From Patescibacteria group bacterium (GTDB lineage Bacteria > Patescibacteriota > Minisyncoccia > UBA6257 > HR35), in the NCBI GenBank assembly GCA_030550735.1, contig JAUQOT010000002.1, positions 1 through 36,059 on the forward strand: DNA of 36,059 bases. Reading direction: 5' to 3'. The notes beneath the pieces were generated by a model. That model made no database searches and was not told the DNA's origin. It saw only the letters and a program-made list of their open reading frames with translations. Position 1 is the first letter of the stretch. Each line of letters begins with the position of its first letter. This document shows positions 1-8,750 of this stretch, piece after piece. The position numbers and the translations under genes were made by a program.

Positions 1-1068
1 CGTTTACCTAAACATCTTTTAGATCCTGTTATTGCAAGAATAAAAGTTATGAGTAATCTTCAATTAGATGAACATTTTCGACCTCAGGATGGAAGAATAA
101 AAACAAAAATTGGTGATTTTGAATTTGATATCCGTGTTGCTATTATGCCAACGCTTTATGGTGAAAAAGCAGTTTTAAGACTTCTTTCTGGAGGGATAAA
201 ACCATCTTCATTGGAAGAACTTGGTTTAATTTCACCAGTAAAAGAAATTATTGAAAAATCTATTAAGAAAACATTTGGAATGATTTTAGTTACTGGGCCA
301 ACAGGTTCAGGAAAAACAACAACTCTTTACACTATTATTACTCTTTTAAATAAACCAGAAGTTAATATCGTTACTATTGAAGACCCTATTGAATACGCTA
401 TCCCTTATGTTAATCAAACTCAAGTTAATCCGAAAGTTGGTCTTAATTTTGCTGTTGGTTTAAGAGCATTTTTAAGACAAGATCCAGATATCATTATGGT
501 GGGTGAGATTCGAGATTCAGAAACAGCTGATGTTGCTGTTCAAGCAGCTTTGACAGGTCACCTCGTTCTTTCTACTCTTCATACAAATGATGCTCCAACA
601 ACAATCCCTCGTTTAATTGATCTTGGTGTTCCTCATTATTTAGTTGCTGATAGTTTAACTTTAATTATTGCTCAAAGACTTGTGAGAAAAATTTGTCAAG
701 ATTGTATTGTCTCCGAATCTCTTTCTTCTGCTAAGAAAAAAATAATTTTAGAACAACTAAAGTCTTTAGAAATTCCTCAGGAAGATATCCAAAATTACGA
801 AACCTCATTAGAAAAAGTTACGATTTTTAGAGGGAAGGGATGTCCAAGTTGTGGTTTTTCTGGTTACCAAGGAAGAACAGGTATTTTTGAGGCTGTTTAT
901 GTTACTGAAGAATTAAGAGAATTAATTGCCAGTAAACAATTTACTTTAAATAAGATCAAAGAAATAATAAGAAAAAATGGTTACCGAACAATGTTTGAAG
1001 ATGGCTTGAACAAAGTTTTTCTTGGGACTACAACTGTCGAAGAAGTTTTAAGAGTTATTCATGAATGA
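1..1068 (+). CDS. pilB: Type IV pilus/T2SS assembly ATPase (PilB/GspE family), 5' partial
   Basis: Frame is open from position 1 (RLPKHLLDPVIARIKVM...). Walker A GPTGSGKTT, TIEDPIEY, LRQDPDIIMVGEIRD, His box TGHLVLSTLHTN, CxxC...CxxC zinc motif, YQGRTGIFE. Confidence 0.95.
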   Translation, partial: RLPKHLLDPVIARIKVMSNLQLDEHFRPQDGRIKTKIGDFEFDIRVAIMPTLYGEKAVLRLLSGGIKPSSLEELGLISPVKEIIEKSIKKTFGMILVTGPTGSGKTTTLYTIITLLNKPEVNIVTIEDPIEYAIPYVNQTQVNPKVGLNFAVGLRAFLRQDPDIIMVGEIRDSETADVAVQAALTGHLVLSTLHTNDAPTTIPRLIDLGVPHYLVADSLTLIIAQRLVRKICQDCIVSESLSSAKKKIILEQLKSLEIPQEDIQNYETSLEKVTIFRGKGCPSCGFSGYQGRTGIFEAVYVTEELRELIASKQFTLNKIKEIIRKNGYRTMFEDGLNKVFLGTTTVEEVLRVIHE

Positions 1069-2303
1069 AAGTATTTAGTTTTAAAGCTTATGATAATTTG
1101 GGAAGACTAAATAAAGGTAGACTCTTTTTTGAAACCAAAGAAGAATGCCTAGCTTATCTTTTAAGAAATGAACTTACCCCTGTTGAAATAAAAGAACTTC
1201 CTCAAACTTTCTTTTATAATCTCTATTTTAAATTTGCTTTTAGAATTTCATTGAATCAAAAAATTTTTTTAGCAAGAAATCTTTATTTAATTTTGAAATC
1301 TGGTTTAGATTTAACCCAAGGTTTAAGAATTCTTTTAAAGGAAACGAAAGGAAGTTTAGCTGATTTTTTATATTATCTTAGTTATAATCTTCAAAAAGGT
1401 GAACCATTTTATAAAACTTTTGCAGCCTTTCCTTCAATTTTTTCTGAAGTTGAAGTTGAAACTATTAAATCAGGAGAGATTTCTGGTAATTTAGCTGAGA
1501 ATCTTCTTCGTTGGGTAGAGAATTTAGAGAAAAAAAGGGAAATAAGATCAGAAATTATAGGAAATCTTATTTATCCGGTTATTGTCCTTATAATGGCTTT
1601 AGGAGTAGTTTTTCTTTTAATAACTTTTGTTTTACCAAAAATAGGTATTTTAATACGTGAACTTTCTGATAACCCACCCCTTTTTACTAAATTTCTTCTT
1701 TTAGTTTCTGATTTTACCAATGCTAATCTTAATTTAATTATTTTCTCAGCCTTAATATTTCTTTTTGTTTTTTTGATTTTAATTAGTTTGAGATCAACAA
1801 GGAAGTATCTTACCTTGCTTCTAATTGAACTCCCAATTTTTTCTAAGATTTATCTTTATTTTGGTTTAAGCGATTCTCTTTTTGTTTTGCATTCTCTTTT
1901 AAAATCGGGAATTTCTCTTCCTCAAGCATTACGTCTTACTTCGAAAACAACTTTCCATCCTAAACTCAAAGAGGCTCTAATTAGTACTGAGAAAAAAATT
2001 GTTGCCGGAAAAAAATTGGGTGAAGCTCTTTTAGAAGAAAAAACAATCCCCTCAATTTTAAGTAGTATTTTAGGAATTGCTTCAGAAACTGGAAATCTTG
2101 AAGAAACTCTTTTAATTATGGAAAATTATTACCGCCAGGAAGTTAGGAATTTAGTTCAGAATTTATTAACTCTTCTCCAGCCGGCTCTTTTAATTTTTGT
2201 TGGAATAGTTGTTGGTTTTGTTGCTTTAGCTGTTCTTATCCCTATCTATCAACAAATATCAACTCAACTTCAAGCACCAGGTGCACCAGGTGGTGGATTT
2301 TAA
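1065..2303 (+). CDS. pilC: Type IV pilus/T2SS inner membrane platform protein (PilC/GspF)
   Basis: Two GspF repeats (GEISGNL; SETGNLEE..LLQP), three TM segments, 4-nt overlap with pilB. Confidence 0.92.
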   Translation: MKVFSFKAYDNLGRLNKGRLFFETKEECLAYLLRNELTPVEIKELPQTFFYNLYFKFAFRISLNQKIFLARNLYLILKSGLDLTQGLRILLKETKGSLADFLYYLSYNLQKGEPFYKTFAAFPSIFSEVEVETIKSGEISGNLAENLLRWVENLEKKREIRSEIIGNLIYPVIVLIMALGVVFLLITFVLPKIGILIRELSDNPPLFTKFLLLVSDFTNANLNLIIFSALIFLFVFLILISLRSTRKYLTLLLIELPIFSKIYLYFGLSDSLFVLHSLLKSGISLPQALRLTSKTTFHPKLKEALISTEKKIVAGKKLGEALLEEKTIPSILSSILGIASETGNLEETLLIMENYYRQEVRNLVQNLLTLLQPALLIFVGIVVGFVALAVLIPIYQQISTQLQAPGAPGGGF

Positions 2304-2342
2304 TTGAAAATCTAAAAATTTTAGATAAAATTTATAATAATT

Positions 2343-3821
2343 ATGGATAAAGTTGAAAAATTGAAAATAACCAGAGAATTAGGTTATGATCCTTATCCAC
2401 CAAATTCGCCTCGTTTGATTCAAATAAACGATTTTCTTAAAAATTTTTATCAGTTTTTGAAAAATAAAAAAAAGAAGATTTGGCTTGGAGGAAGAGTAAT
2501 GGCTCTTAGAGAACATGGGGGAATAATTTTTGTTGATCTTAAAGATTTTAGCGGTAAAGTTCAAATAATATTAAAAAAAGATTATACAAAGGAATTTGAA
2601 AATTTTGAAAAAATTGCTGATATTGGAGATTTTTTCTGTTTTTATGGGAATGCTTTCTTACCTCAAAGCAAAGAAAAAAGTCTTTTAGCTTCAAAATGGT
2701 TTTTACTTACAAAATCTCTTAAAAATTTTCCAAAAGAATACTACAAAGTTAGAGATGAAGAACTTCTTGTTAGAAAGCCATATTTGAAAACTATTTTTTA
2801 TGATGAAGAAAAAGAAACTTTTTATTTAAGATTTAAAATTTTGGAAGAGCTTAGAAAAATTCTGTGGAGTTATGGATTTTTAGAAGTTGAAACTCCAATT
2901 TTACAAACTCATTATGGTGGTGCTTTAGCAAGACCATTTGTTACTTATTTAGAAGCTTTAAAACAAAAACTTTATTTAAGAATTGCTCCAGAAATTTATT
3001 TAAAAAAAATGCTGGTAGGTTCATTTGAAAAAATTTTTGAAATAGGTAAAGATTTTAGAAACGAAGGTATTGATAGAGAACATAATCCTGAATTTACGAT
3101 GATAGAACTTTATTGGGCTTATCAAAATATGGAGGGCTTAATGGAATTTACAGAAAAAGTTATTAAGGAGTTGGTTAAAAGAATTAATTTAATCAAAGCT
3201 CAGCTTAAAGGAAAAAAAATTAAAAAATCGGATCTGTATAAAATTGAATTTCAAAATAAAGTAATTGATTTAGGAAAAAAATGGAGGGTTTATGAATATG
3301 TGAGTATTTTAAAGGAAAAAACGGGATTAGATTATTTTAATAATGATCTTAAAGATTTTCTCGAACTCACCAAAGAAAAAAAAATTGAAGTTAATCCCAA
3401 AATAATGACAAAAGGTAAGATTGTAGATGAAATATTCAAAAAATTAATTAGACCCTATTTAATTGAACCAACGTTTGTTATCTATCATCCTAAAGATCTT
3501 TCCCCGTTAGCTAAATCTCACCCCCAGAAGCCTGAATTGACCTTAAGATTTCAAATTTATTTAGCTGGTTTTGAAATTGCTAACGCTTTTGGTGAGCTTA
3601 ATGATCCACTTGATCAAAAGGAAAGATTTTTAAAAGAAGCTGAAGAATTAAAAAAGGGTAATCCTGAAGCTCATCCTTATGATGAAACATTTATTGAGGC
3701 TTTAGAATATGGAATGCCACCGGCTGCAGGCTTGGGAATAGGTTTAGATAGATTAATAACTATTCTTTTAAATAAGTCTTCAATTAAAGACGTGATTTAT
3801 TTTCCGTTTGTTAAGTTTTAA
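2343..3821 (+). CDS. lysS: Lysyl-tRNA synthetase, class II
   Basis: OB-fold N-terminus, EVETPIL, GGALARPF, YLRIAPE, FRNEGIDREHNPEFTMIE, YGMPPAAGLGIGLDRL. Confidence 0.97.
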   Translation: MDKVEKLKITRELGYDPYPPNSPRLIQINDFLKNFYQFLKNKKKKIWLGGRVMALREHGGIIFVDLKDFSGKVQIILKKDYTKEFENFEKIADIGDFFCFYGNAFLPQSKEKSLLASKWFLLTKSLKNFPKEYYKVRDEELLVRKPYLKTIFYDEEKETFYLRFKILEELRKILWSYGFLEVETPILQTHYGGALARPFVTYLEALKQKLYLRIAPEIYLKKMLVGSFEKIFEIGKDFRNEGIDREHNPEFTMIELYWAYQNMEGLMEFTEKVIKELVKRINLIKAQLKGKKIKKSDLYKIEFQNKVIDLGKKWRVYEYVSILKEKTGLDYFNNDLKDFLELTKEKKIEVNPKIMTKGKIVDEIFKKLIRPYLIEPTFVIYHPKDLSPLAKSHPQKPELTLRFQIYLAGFEIANAFGELNDPLDQKERFLKEAEELKKGNPEAHPYDETFIEALEYGMPPAAGLGIGLDRLITILLNKSSIKDVIYFPFVKF

Positions 3822-5101
3822 TGATTAAATCAGAAGAAGTAAGAAAAATATTTTTAGATTTTTTTGCTAGGAGAGGTCATAAAATTGTTTCTTCATCGTC
3901 ATTAATTCCTTATGATGATCCTTCAGTTCTTTTAACTACAGCTGGTATGCAACAATTTAAAAAGTATTACACTCGAGAAAAAGATGCTCTAAAAGATTTT
4001 GGAACGCAAAGAACAACATCTATTCAAAAATGTTTTCGAACAACTGATATTGATGAAGTTGGTGATGAAAGACATTTAACCTTTTTTGAAATGCTAGGTA
4101 ATTTTTCTTTTGGTCCTGTTGGTACTGATGATCCAGAGGATTTTGGTATAGTTGGCTATTTTAAAAAATCAGCTATTTATTGGGCTCATGAATTAATTAC
4201 TAAAGAATTTGGATTGAAAATTGATTATGTAACCGTCTTTGGAGGAGAAGAGAACGTCCCTTTTGATGAGGAAAGTTTTAAGTTTTGGCAGAATCTAGGT
4301 TTTAGTCAAGATAAAATTCTAAAAAAGGGTAGGGAAGACAATTTCTGGGGACCAACAGGGGATGAAGGTCCTTGTGGACCAACAACAGAAATTTATGTTG
4401 ATGGTTTGGAAATATGGAATTTAGTTTTTAACGAATACTATCAAGATAAAAATAAAAATTTAAAAAAGTTAGAATTTCCTGGAGTAGATACAGGAATGGG
4501 GCTTGAAAGATTAATGAAAGTTTTACAAAAAACACCAACGATTTTTGAAACCGATCTTTTTCTTCCTCTAAAAGAAGTTTTAGATAAATTTTCCGATAAC
4601 GAACGAAGAAAAAGAATAATTATGGATCACTTAAGAGGAAGCGTATTTTTAATTGCTGACGGTTTATATCCAAGCAATCTAGAAAGAGGTTATGTTTTAA
4701 GAAGAATTTTAAGAAGACTTAGACTTCACGCTAAATTTTTAAATCTCACTTTTGATATTCTTGAAGAGTTAATAAAAAAAACAATTGAAAAATATAGTGA
4801 GTTCTATCCCGAATTAAAAAATTTTGAAAAAATAAAATCTATCTTTTTTGAAGAACTAAATAATTTCGAGAATACCTTAAACCGTGGTCTAAGAGAGTTT
4901 GAAAAATTAATCAAAGAAAATGATTCTCCAGAAATCTTAGGAGAAAAAGTTTTTCTTCTGTATACTTCATATGGGCTTCCCAAGGAAATTTCTTTAGAAC
5001 TTCTTAAAGAAAAAGGAATTTTATGGGATAATAATTCAGAGAAAGTCTATCAAGAATTATTTAAAGAACATCAATTAATTTCTAAAGGAAATAATGGCTA
5101 A
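3821..5101 (+). CDS. alaS: Alanyl-tRNA synthetase, aminoacylation module only (no editing or C-Ala domain)
   Basis: TTAGMQQFK, SIQKCFRT.DIDEVGD..HLTFFEMLGNFSFG, GPCGP, DTGMGLER, DH.R, RGYVLRRILRR; ends at 426 aa. Confidence 0.93.
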   Translation: MIKSEEVRKIFLDFFARRGHKIVSSSSLIPYDDPSVLLTTAGMQQFKKYYTREKDALKDFGTQRTTSIQKCFRTTDIDEVGDERHLTFFEMLGNFSFGPVGTDDPEDFGIVGYFKKSAIYWAHELITKEFGLKIDYVTVFGGEENVPFDEESFKFWQNLGFSQDKILKKGREDNFWGPTGDEGPCGPTTEIYVDGLEIWNLVFNEYYQDKNKNLKKLEFPGVDTGMGLERLMKVLQKTPTIFETDLFLPLKEVLDKFSDNERRKRIIMDHLRGSVFLIADGLYPSNLERGYVLRRILRRLRLHAKFLNLTFDILEELIKKTIEKYSEFYPELKNFEKIKSIFFEELNNFENTLNRGLREFEKLIKENDSPEILGEKVFLLYTSYGLPKEISLELLKEKGILWDNNSEKVYQELFKEHQLISKGNNG

Positions 5102-6647
5102 ATCAAGATCTTACATTTATTTAGAAGGAACAGAAGAACTTGGTGATATTTTAGAGATAATAAGTAAAACTAAAGATGATGAAATAATTTTAGTTGTTCC
5201 TAAAAATTTTAAAGTTCTTAAACACCCGAAAAATTTGGAAATTTTTCAAAGAGAAGTGGAGAGATTAAAAAAAGAAGTTTTCTTAGATTCTGAAGATAAA
5301 GAATTTATCAATTTAGCTTCAAATTTAGGACTAAATATCTTTCTAAAAGATTTTGCTTTGGAGGAACCTAAGATTATTGATGTTAAACCACCAAAGAGTA
5401 AAATTCTTGAAAAAGAATCGATGACAAGTTCAGTTAAAGTATCTTACCAAACTCCCAAACCATTATTTAGAATACACCTTAATTTTAGGCTTTTTAAAAA
5501 ATTAGGTCTTTTTTTGGGTTTTTCGATCTTTATTTATTTTCTTTTTACTTTTCTTTTTGGTCTTATTCAAACTCGAGCGGTTATTAGTATGGTTTTAGAA
5601 AGAAAAACTGAAGATTTTAATGAAATAATTACTCTAAAAGAAAATTTAGTTCAGATTGATTATCAAAACAAAATCCTTCCTGCTAAAAAAATTGTTATTG
5701 AAAAAGCAACTAGCGAAGAAATTGAGACAACAGGATTAACTACAGAAGGAGGTTTTCTTCCTAATCTTAAAGTAGTTTTTTATAACAAACTAAATAATTC
5801 TTTTCCTTTGGTTCAAGGAACAAGACTTGAATATGAAGGAAATGTTTTTAAAACCTTAAATCGCGTAGTTTTAGAAAAAGGATCAGAAGAAAATCCTTCT
5901 CAAACTTTGATCGAAGCAGTTCCCTTTGAAATCAAAAATCAAAATCTTAATCTTCCTAAAGGAACGAAATTGAAAATTGTTGCATTGGAAGGCAAAGAAT
6001 ATGAAAAAGGAAAATTATGGTCTGATATTTTATATGCTGAAGTTTATGAAGATTATAAACCAAATATAGAAAAAGAAACAAAAACAGTTACCCCCAATGA
6101 TTTAACTAATTTAAGACTGACATTAGAAAAGAAAATTAAAGATGTCTTGAAAGGAGAACTTGTAGTTCTTTATCCCAATAAACTTTATTTAGACGATGAT
6201 TCTCTTTATTCTTTTGAAATTTTAAATGTTTCGCATAAAGTAGGAGAAAAAACAAATAAAATTTCTGGTTTAATTCAAGGTAAACTGGAGACGATGGTTT
6301 TTTCTCAGAACGAAATAGAGTCCTTAATAAAAAATATTATTTTTGAAAAATTAGCTGAAGAAAAAGAAATGTTTATGATTAATAAACTTGAGATAAATTC
6401 AATTTCTTTAATTGATTATGATTTTAAACAAAATTTAATGAAGATTTCCGTTAAAGGAAAGGTAGAATTAACTCCAAATTTGAGTGAAGAAATTATTAAA
6501 AATCAAATTAAAGGAAAAACACTTAAAGAAATAACTGATTATTTTTCCAAAATTAAAGGTGTGAAAGAAGCTAACATTAAAATCTGGCCAGCTTGGCGCG
6601 ATAGATTGCCTTTAGATCCTACAAGAATTCAAATTCTTATGAGATAG
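5094..6647 (+). CDS. Single-TM membrane protein of unknown function with a large extracytoplasmic region; resembles a CPR-widespread family often labelled baseplate J-like
   Basis: 517-aa ORF, N-terminal IYLE...EIILVVPK domain, one TM near aa 135-160, C-terminal IKGK...WP.W...LP motif; family assignment from memory only. Confidence 0.5.
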   Translation: MAKSRSYIYLEGTEELGDILEIISKTKDDEIILVVPKNFKVLKHPKNLEIFQREVERLKKEVFLDSEDKEFINLASNLGLNIFLKDFALEEPKIIDVKPPKSKILEKESMTSSVKVSYQTPKPLFRIHLNFRLFKKLGLFLGFSIFIYFLFTFLFGLIQTRAVISMVLERKTEDFNEIITLKENLVQIDYQNKILPAKKIVIEKATSEEIETTGLTTEGGFLPNLKVVFYNKLNNSFPLVQGTRLEYEGNVFKTLNRVVLEKGSEENPSQTLIEAVPFEIKNQNLNLPKGTKLKIVALEGKEYEKGKLWSDILYAEVYEDYKPNIEKETKTVTPNDLTNLRLTLEKKIKDVLKGELVVLYPNKLYLDDDSLYSFEILNVSHKVGEKTNKISGLIQGKLETMVFSQNEIESLIKNIIFEKLAEEKEMFMINKLEINSISLIDYDFKQNLMKISVKGKVELTPNLSEEIIKNQIKGKTLKEITDYFSKIKGVKEANIKIWPAWRDRLPLDPTRIQILMR

Positions 6648-6656
6648 AAGAATTTA

Positions 6657-6665
6657 TGGTAAAAT
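6657..6665 (+). promoter_or_regulatory. Putative extended -10 promoter (TGGTAAAAT) for khpA-trmD
   Basis: TGnTAAAAT in the intergenic gap; the same 9-mer lies upstream of gyrB. Confidence 0.45.
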
Positions 6666-6701
6666 TTAAAAAAGGTCGTTTTTAAAGAAAAGAAAGCAAA
6701 G

Positions 6702-7028
6702 ATGGCAAATAATAATCTTCCTCCATATCAAAAATTGTTAGAAGAAATTTTAAGATCTTTGGTTAATAATCCAGAATCTGTTCAAATAAATAGAAAAATA
6801 GACGAAATGGGCGTTCTTCTTACTATTAAAGTTCATCCCCAAGATATGGGAATTATTATTGGAAGAAAAGGCTCGACTTTAAATGCAATTAAGCATCTTA
6901 TTAAAGCCGTAGGCATTAAAAATCACGCCCGAGTGAATATTCGGGTTGAAGAACCTTCATTCATCGAAAAATCTACTTTAACAAGTGAAGATGTAATTAA
7001 AAATTTGAAAGAAAAGCTTAATGAATGA
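6702..7028 (+). CDS. khpA: KH-domain RNA-binding protein KhpA (YlqC/UPF0109)
   Basis: LVNNPESV, DMGIIIGRKG (GxxG loop), next to trmD as in the rpsP-khpA-rimM-trmD operon. Confidence 0.9.
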   Translation: MANNNLPPYQKLLEEILRSLVNNPESVQINRKIDEMGVLLTIKVHPQDMGIIIGRKGSTLNAIKHLIKAVGIKNHARVNIRVEEPSFIEKSTLTSEDVIKNLKEKLNE

Positions 7029-7684
7029 TAAGATTTGATATTATTTCTCTTTTTCCTGAAGCATTTTCTTATCTCGAAACATCATTAATTAAAAAAGCTC
7101 AAGAAAAAAATATTCTCAAAATAAAGATTTGGAACCCAAGAGATTTTACTTTTGATAAGCATAAAACCGTTGATGATAAACCTTATGGTGGGGGACCAGG
7201 AATGGTTATTAAGTTTGAACCGATTTATTTAGCTTTAAAAAAAGCTAAAGATGAATTTAAAACAAAGAAAAGAAAAATTATTTTAACTCATCCAGCAGGA
7301 AAAATCTTTGATCAAAAATTAGCTAAAAAATTGAGTAATGAAAAACAAATAATTATTATTTGCGGTCATTATGAAGGTATTGATGCTCGGATAGAAAAGT
7401 TTGTTGATTTAAAAATTTCTTTGGGAAAATTTATGCTTTCTGGAGGAGAAATTCCGGCAATGGCTATTATTGATGCGGTTTCAAGATTTGTTCCTGGTTT
7501 TTTACATAATCCTCTTTCTTTAGAGGAAAAAAGATTCGGTAGGCTTTATTCTTTACCTGTTTATACAAGACCACAAGAAATTAATATAAACGGAAAAAAA
7601 TTAAAAGTTCCTAAAGTTCTTCTTTCGGGTAATCATAAGTTAATTGAAGAGTGGCGGAAGAAACATTTAAAAAAAATTTTGTAA
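7025..7684 (+). CDS. trmD: tRNA (guanine37-N1)-methyltransferase
   Basis: VDDKPYGGGPGMV, CGHYEGIDAR, SGGEIPAM, YTRP, VP.VLLSGNH. Confidence 0.97.
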   Translation: MIRFDIISLFPEAFSYLETSLIKKAQEKNILKIKIWNPRDFTFDKHKTVDDKPYGGGPGMVIKFEPIYLALKKAKDEFKTKKRKIILTHPAGKIFDQKLAKKLSNEKQIIIICGHYEGIDARIEKFVDLKISLGKFMLSGGEIPAMAIIDAVSRFVPGFLHNPLSLEEKRFGRLYSLPVYTRPQEININGKKLKVPKVLLSGNHKLIEEWRKKHLKKIL

Positions 7685-7697
7685 AATTATAATATAA

Positions 7698-7770
7698 GCC
7701 GCGATAGCTCAGTGGTTAGAGCGGGCGTCTCATAAGCGCCAGGTCGTGGGTTCGAATCCCACTCGCGGCA
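7698..7770 (+). tRNA. tRNA with CAT anticodon (elongator Met or Ile2; not initiator)
   Basis: Acceptor GCCGCGA/TCGCGGC, anticodon arm GGCGT-CTCATAA-GCGCC, T-loop TTCGAAT; 1-72 is paired so not fMet; no encoded CCA. Confidence 0.93.
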
Positions 7771-7771
7771 T

Positions 7772-7844
7772 GCCCCTGTAGCTCAATAGGAAGAGCAGCT
7801 CCCTTCTAAGGAGAAGGTTGGAGGTTCGAATCCTCCCAGGGGCA
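7772..7844 (+). tRNA. tRNA-Arg(TCT)
   Basis: GCCCCTG/CAGGGGC acceptor, CTCC-CTTCTAA-GGAG anticodon arm, GGAGG-TTCGAAT-CCTCC. Confidence 0.95.
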
Positions 7845-7852
7845 AAATTTTG

Positions 7853-7923
7853 TGGACCCAGAGGGAATTGAACCCTCATCTCCTCCATGCGACGGAGGTG
7901 TTTTGCCGTTAAACTATGGGCCC
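7853..7923 (-). tRNA. tRNA-Ala(CGC)
   Basis: Reverse complement GGGCCCA...CCTCC-GTCGCAT-GGAGG...GAGGG-TTCAATT-CCCTC-TGGGTCC-A; G3:U70 Ala identity pair present. Confidence 0.93.
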
Positions 7924-8750
7924 TAAAAAGGAAGTTTATATTCTATTAATTTAAATAAATTTTCAAAAAGTTTAGCTACAAGAATTGGCCCAGTTCCTCC
8001 AGGTGTTGGTGTTATTAAATAGGCTTTGTTTTTTAATTTATCAAAATCAGCATCTCCATAAATTTTGTCATTTTCAAATGAGTAACCGAAATCAATTATA
8101 ATTGCTCCCTCTTTACAATCATTAATTAACCTTGATTTACCAACACCAGAGATTATTACATCAGCATCTTTTAAAAAATACTCTAGTTTATTGTTTTCCT
8201 GTAAAATTATTACTCCAGCCCCCTCTTTAGCTAAATAATGCGATATTGGTTTTCCAATTAATCGCCCATAACCAACTACTAAAACAATTTTTCCTTTGAA
8301 TTCAAGATTATATTTTTCTTTTATAAATTTAACAACCTCAACAGATGGTGGATTTATTACGGGCGAATTAGAAAAAAACTTTCCTAAAAGTCTGCTTGAT
8401 AAACAATCAATATCTTTTCGCGGAGGAATAGTATTAAGAATATATTGAGTTGGATATTTTGAAGGAATAGGAAGTTGAATTAAAGCACCATTAATTGTTT
8501 TATGTCTTACAATTTGGCTTATATATTTTCTAATCTTTCGACGGTTAAGGTTTTCATAATTATCGATTTCATAAATTCTAAATTCGATATCTAATTTTTC
8601 CGCAAATGATTTTTTTATTTTTAGAAAACTTTCTTTTTCTTTGTCTTTTCCAATAAGAAAAGCAGCAATTTTAAGTTCATTATAATTTTTTCTTTTTTCT
8701 TTTAATTCTTCTAAAATCTCTTCAGCTAATTTTTTTCCGTCGATTATCAT
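7923..8750 (-). CDS. folD: Bifunctional methylenetetrahydrofolate dehydrogenase/cyclohydrolase
   Basis: IIDGKKLA, GALIQLPIP, KDID, VVGYGRLIGKP, IDFG, GDAD, ITPTPGGTGP. Confidence 0.92.
   Translation of the reverse strand: MIIDGKKLAEEILEELKEKRKNYNELKIAAFLIGKDKEKESFLKIKKSFAEKLDIEFRIYEIDNYENLNRRKIRKYISQIVRHKTINGALIQLPIPSKYPTQYILNTIPPRKDIDCLSSRLLGKFFSNSPVINPPSVEVVKFIKEKYNLEFKGKIVLVVGYGRLIGKPISHYLAKEGAGVIILQENNKLEYFLKDADVIISGVGKSRLINDCKEGAIIIDFGYSFENDKIYGDADFDKLKNKAYLITPTPGGTGPILVAKLFENLFKLIEYKLPF

Noticed and set aside
2274..2291. GCACCAGGT tandem duplication at the end of pilC
   Set aside because: Only two 9-bp units encoding a low-complexity APGAPG tail
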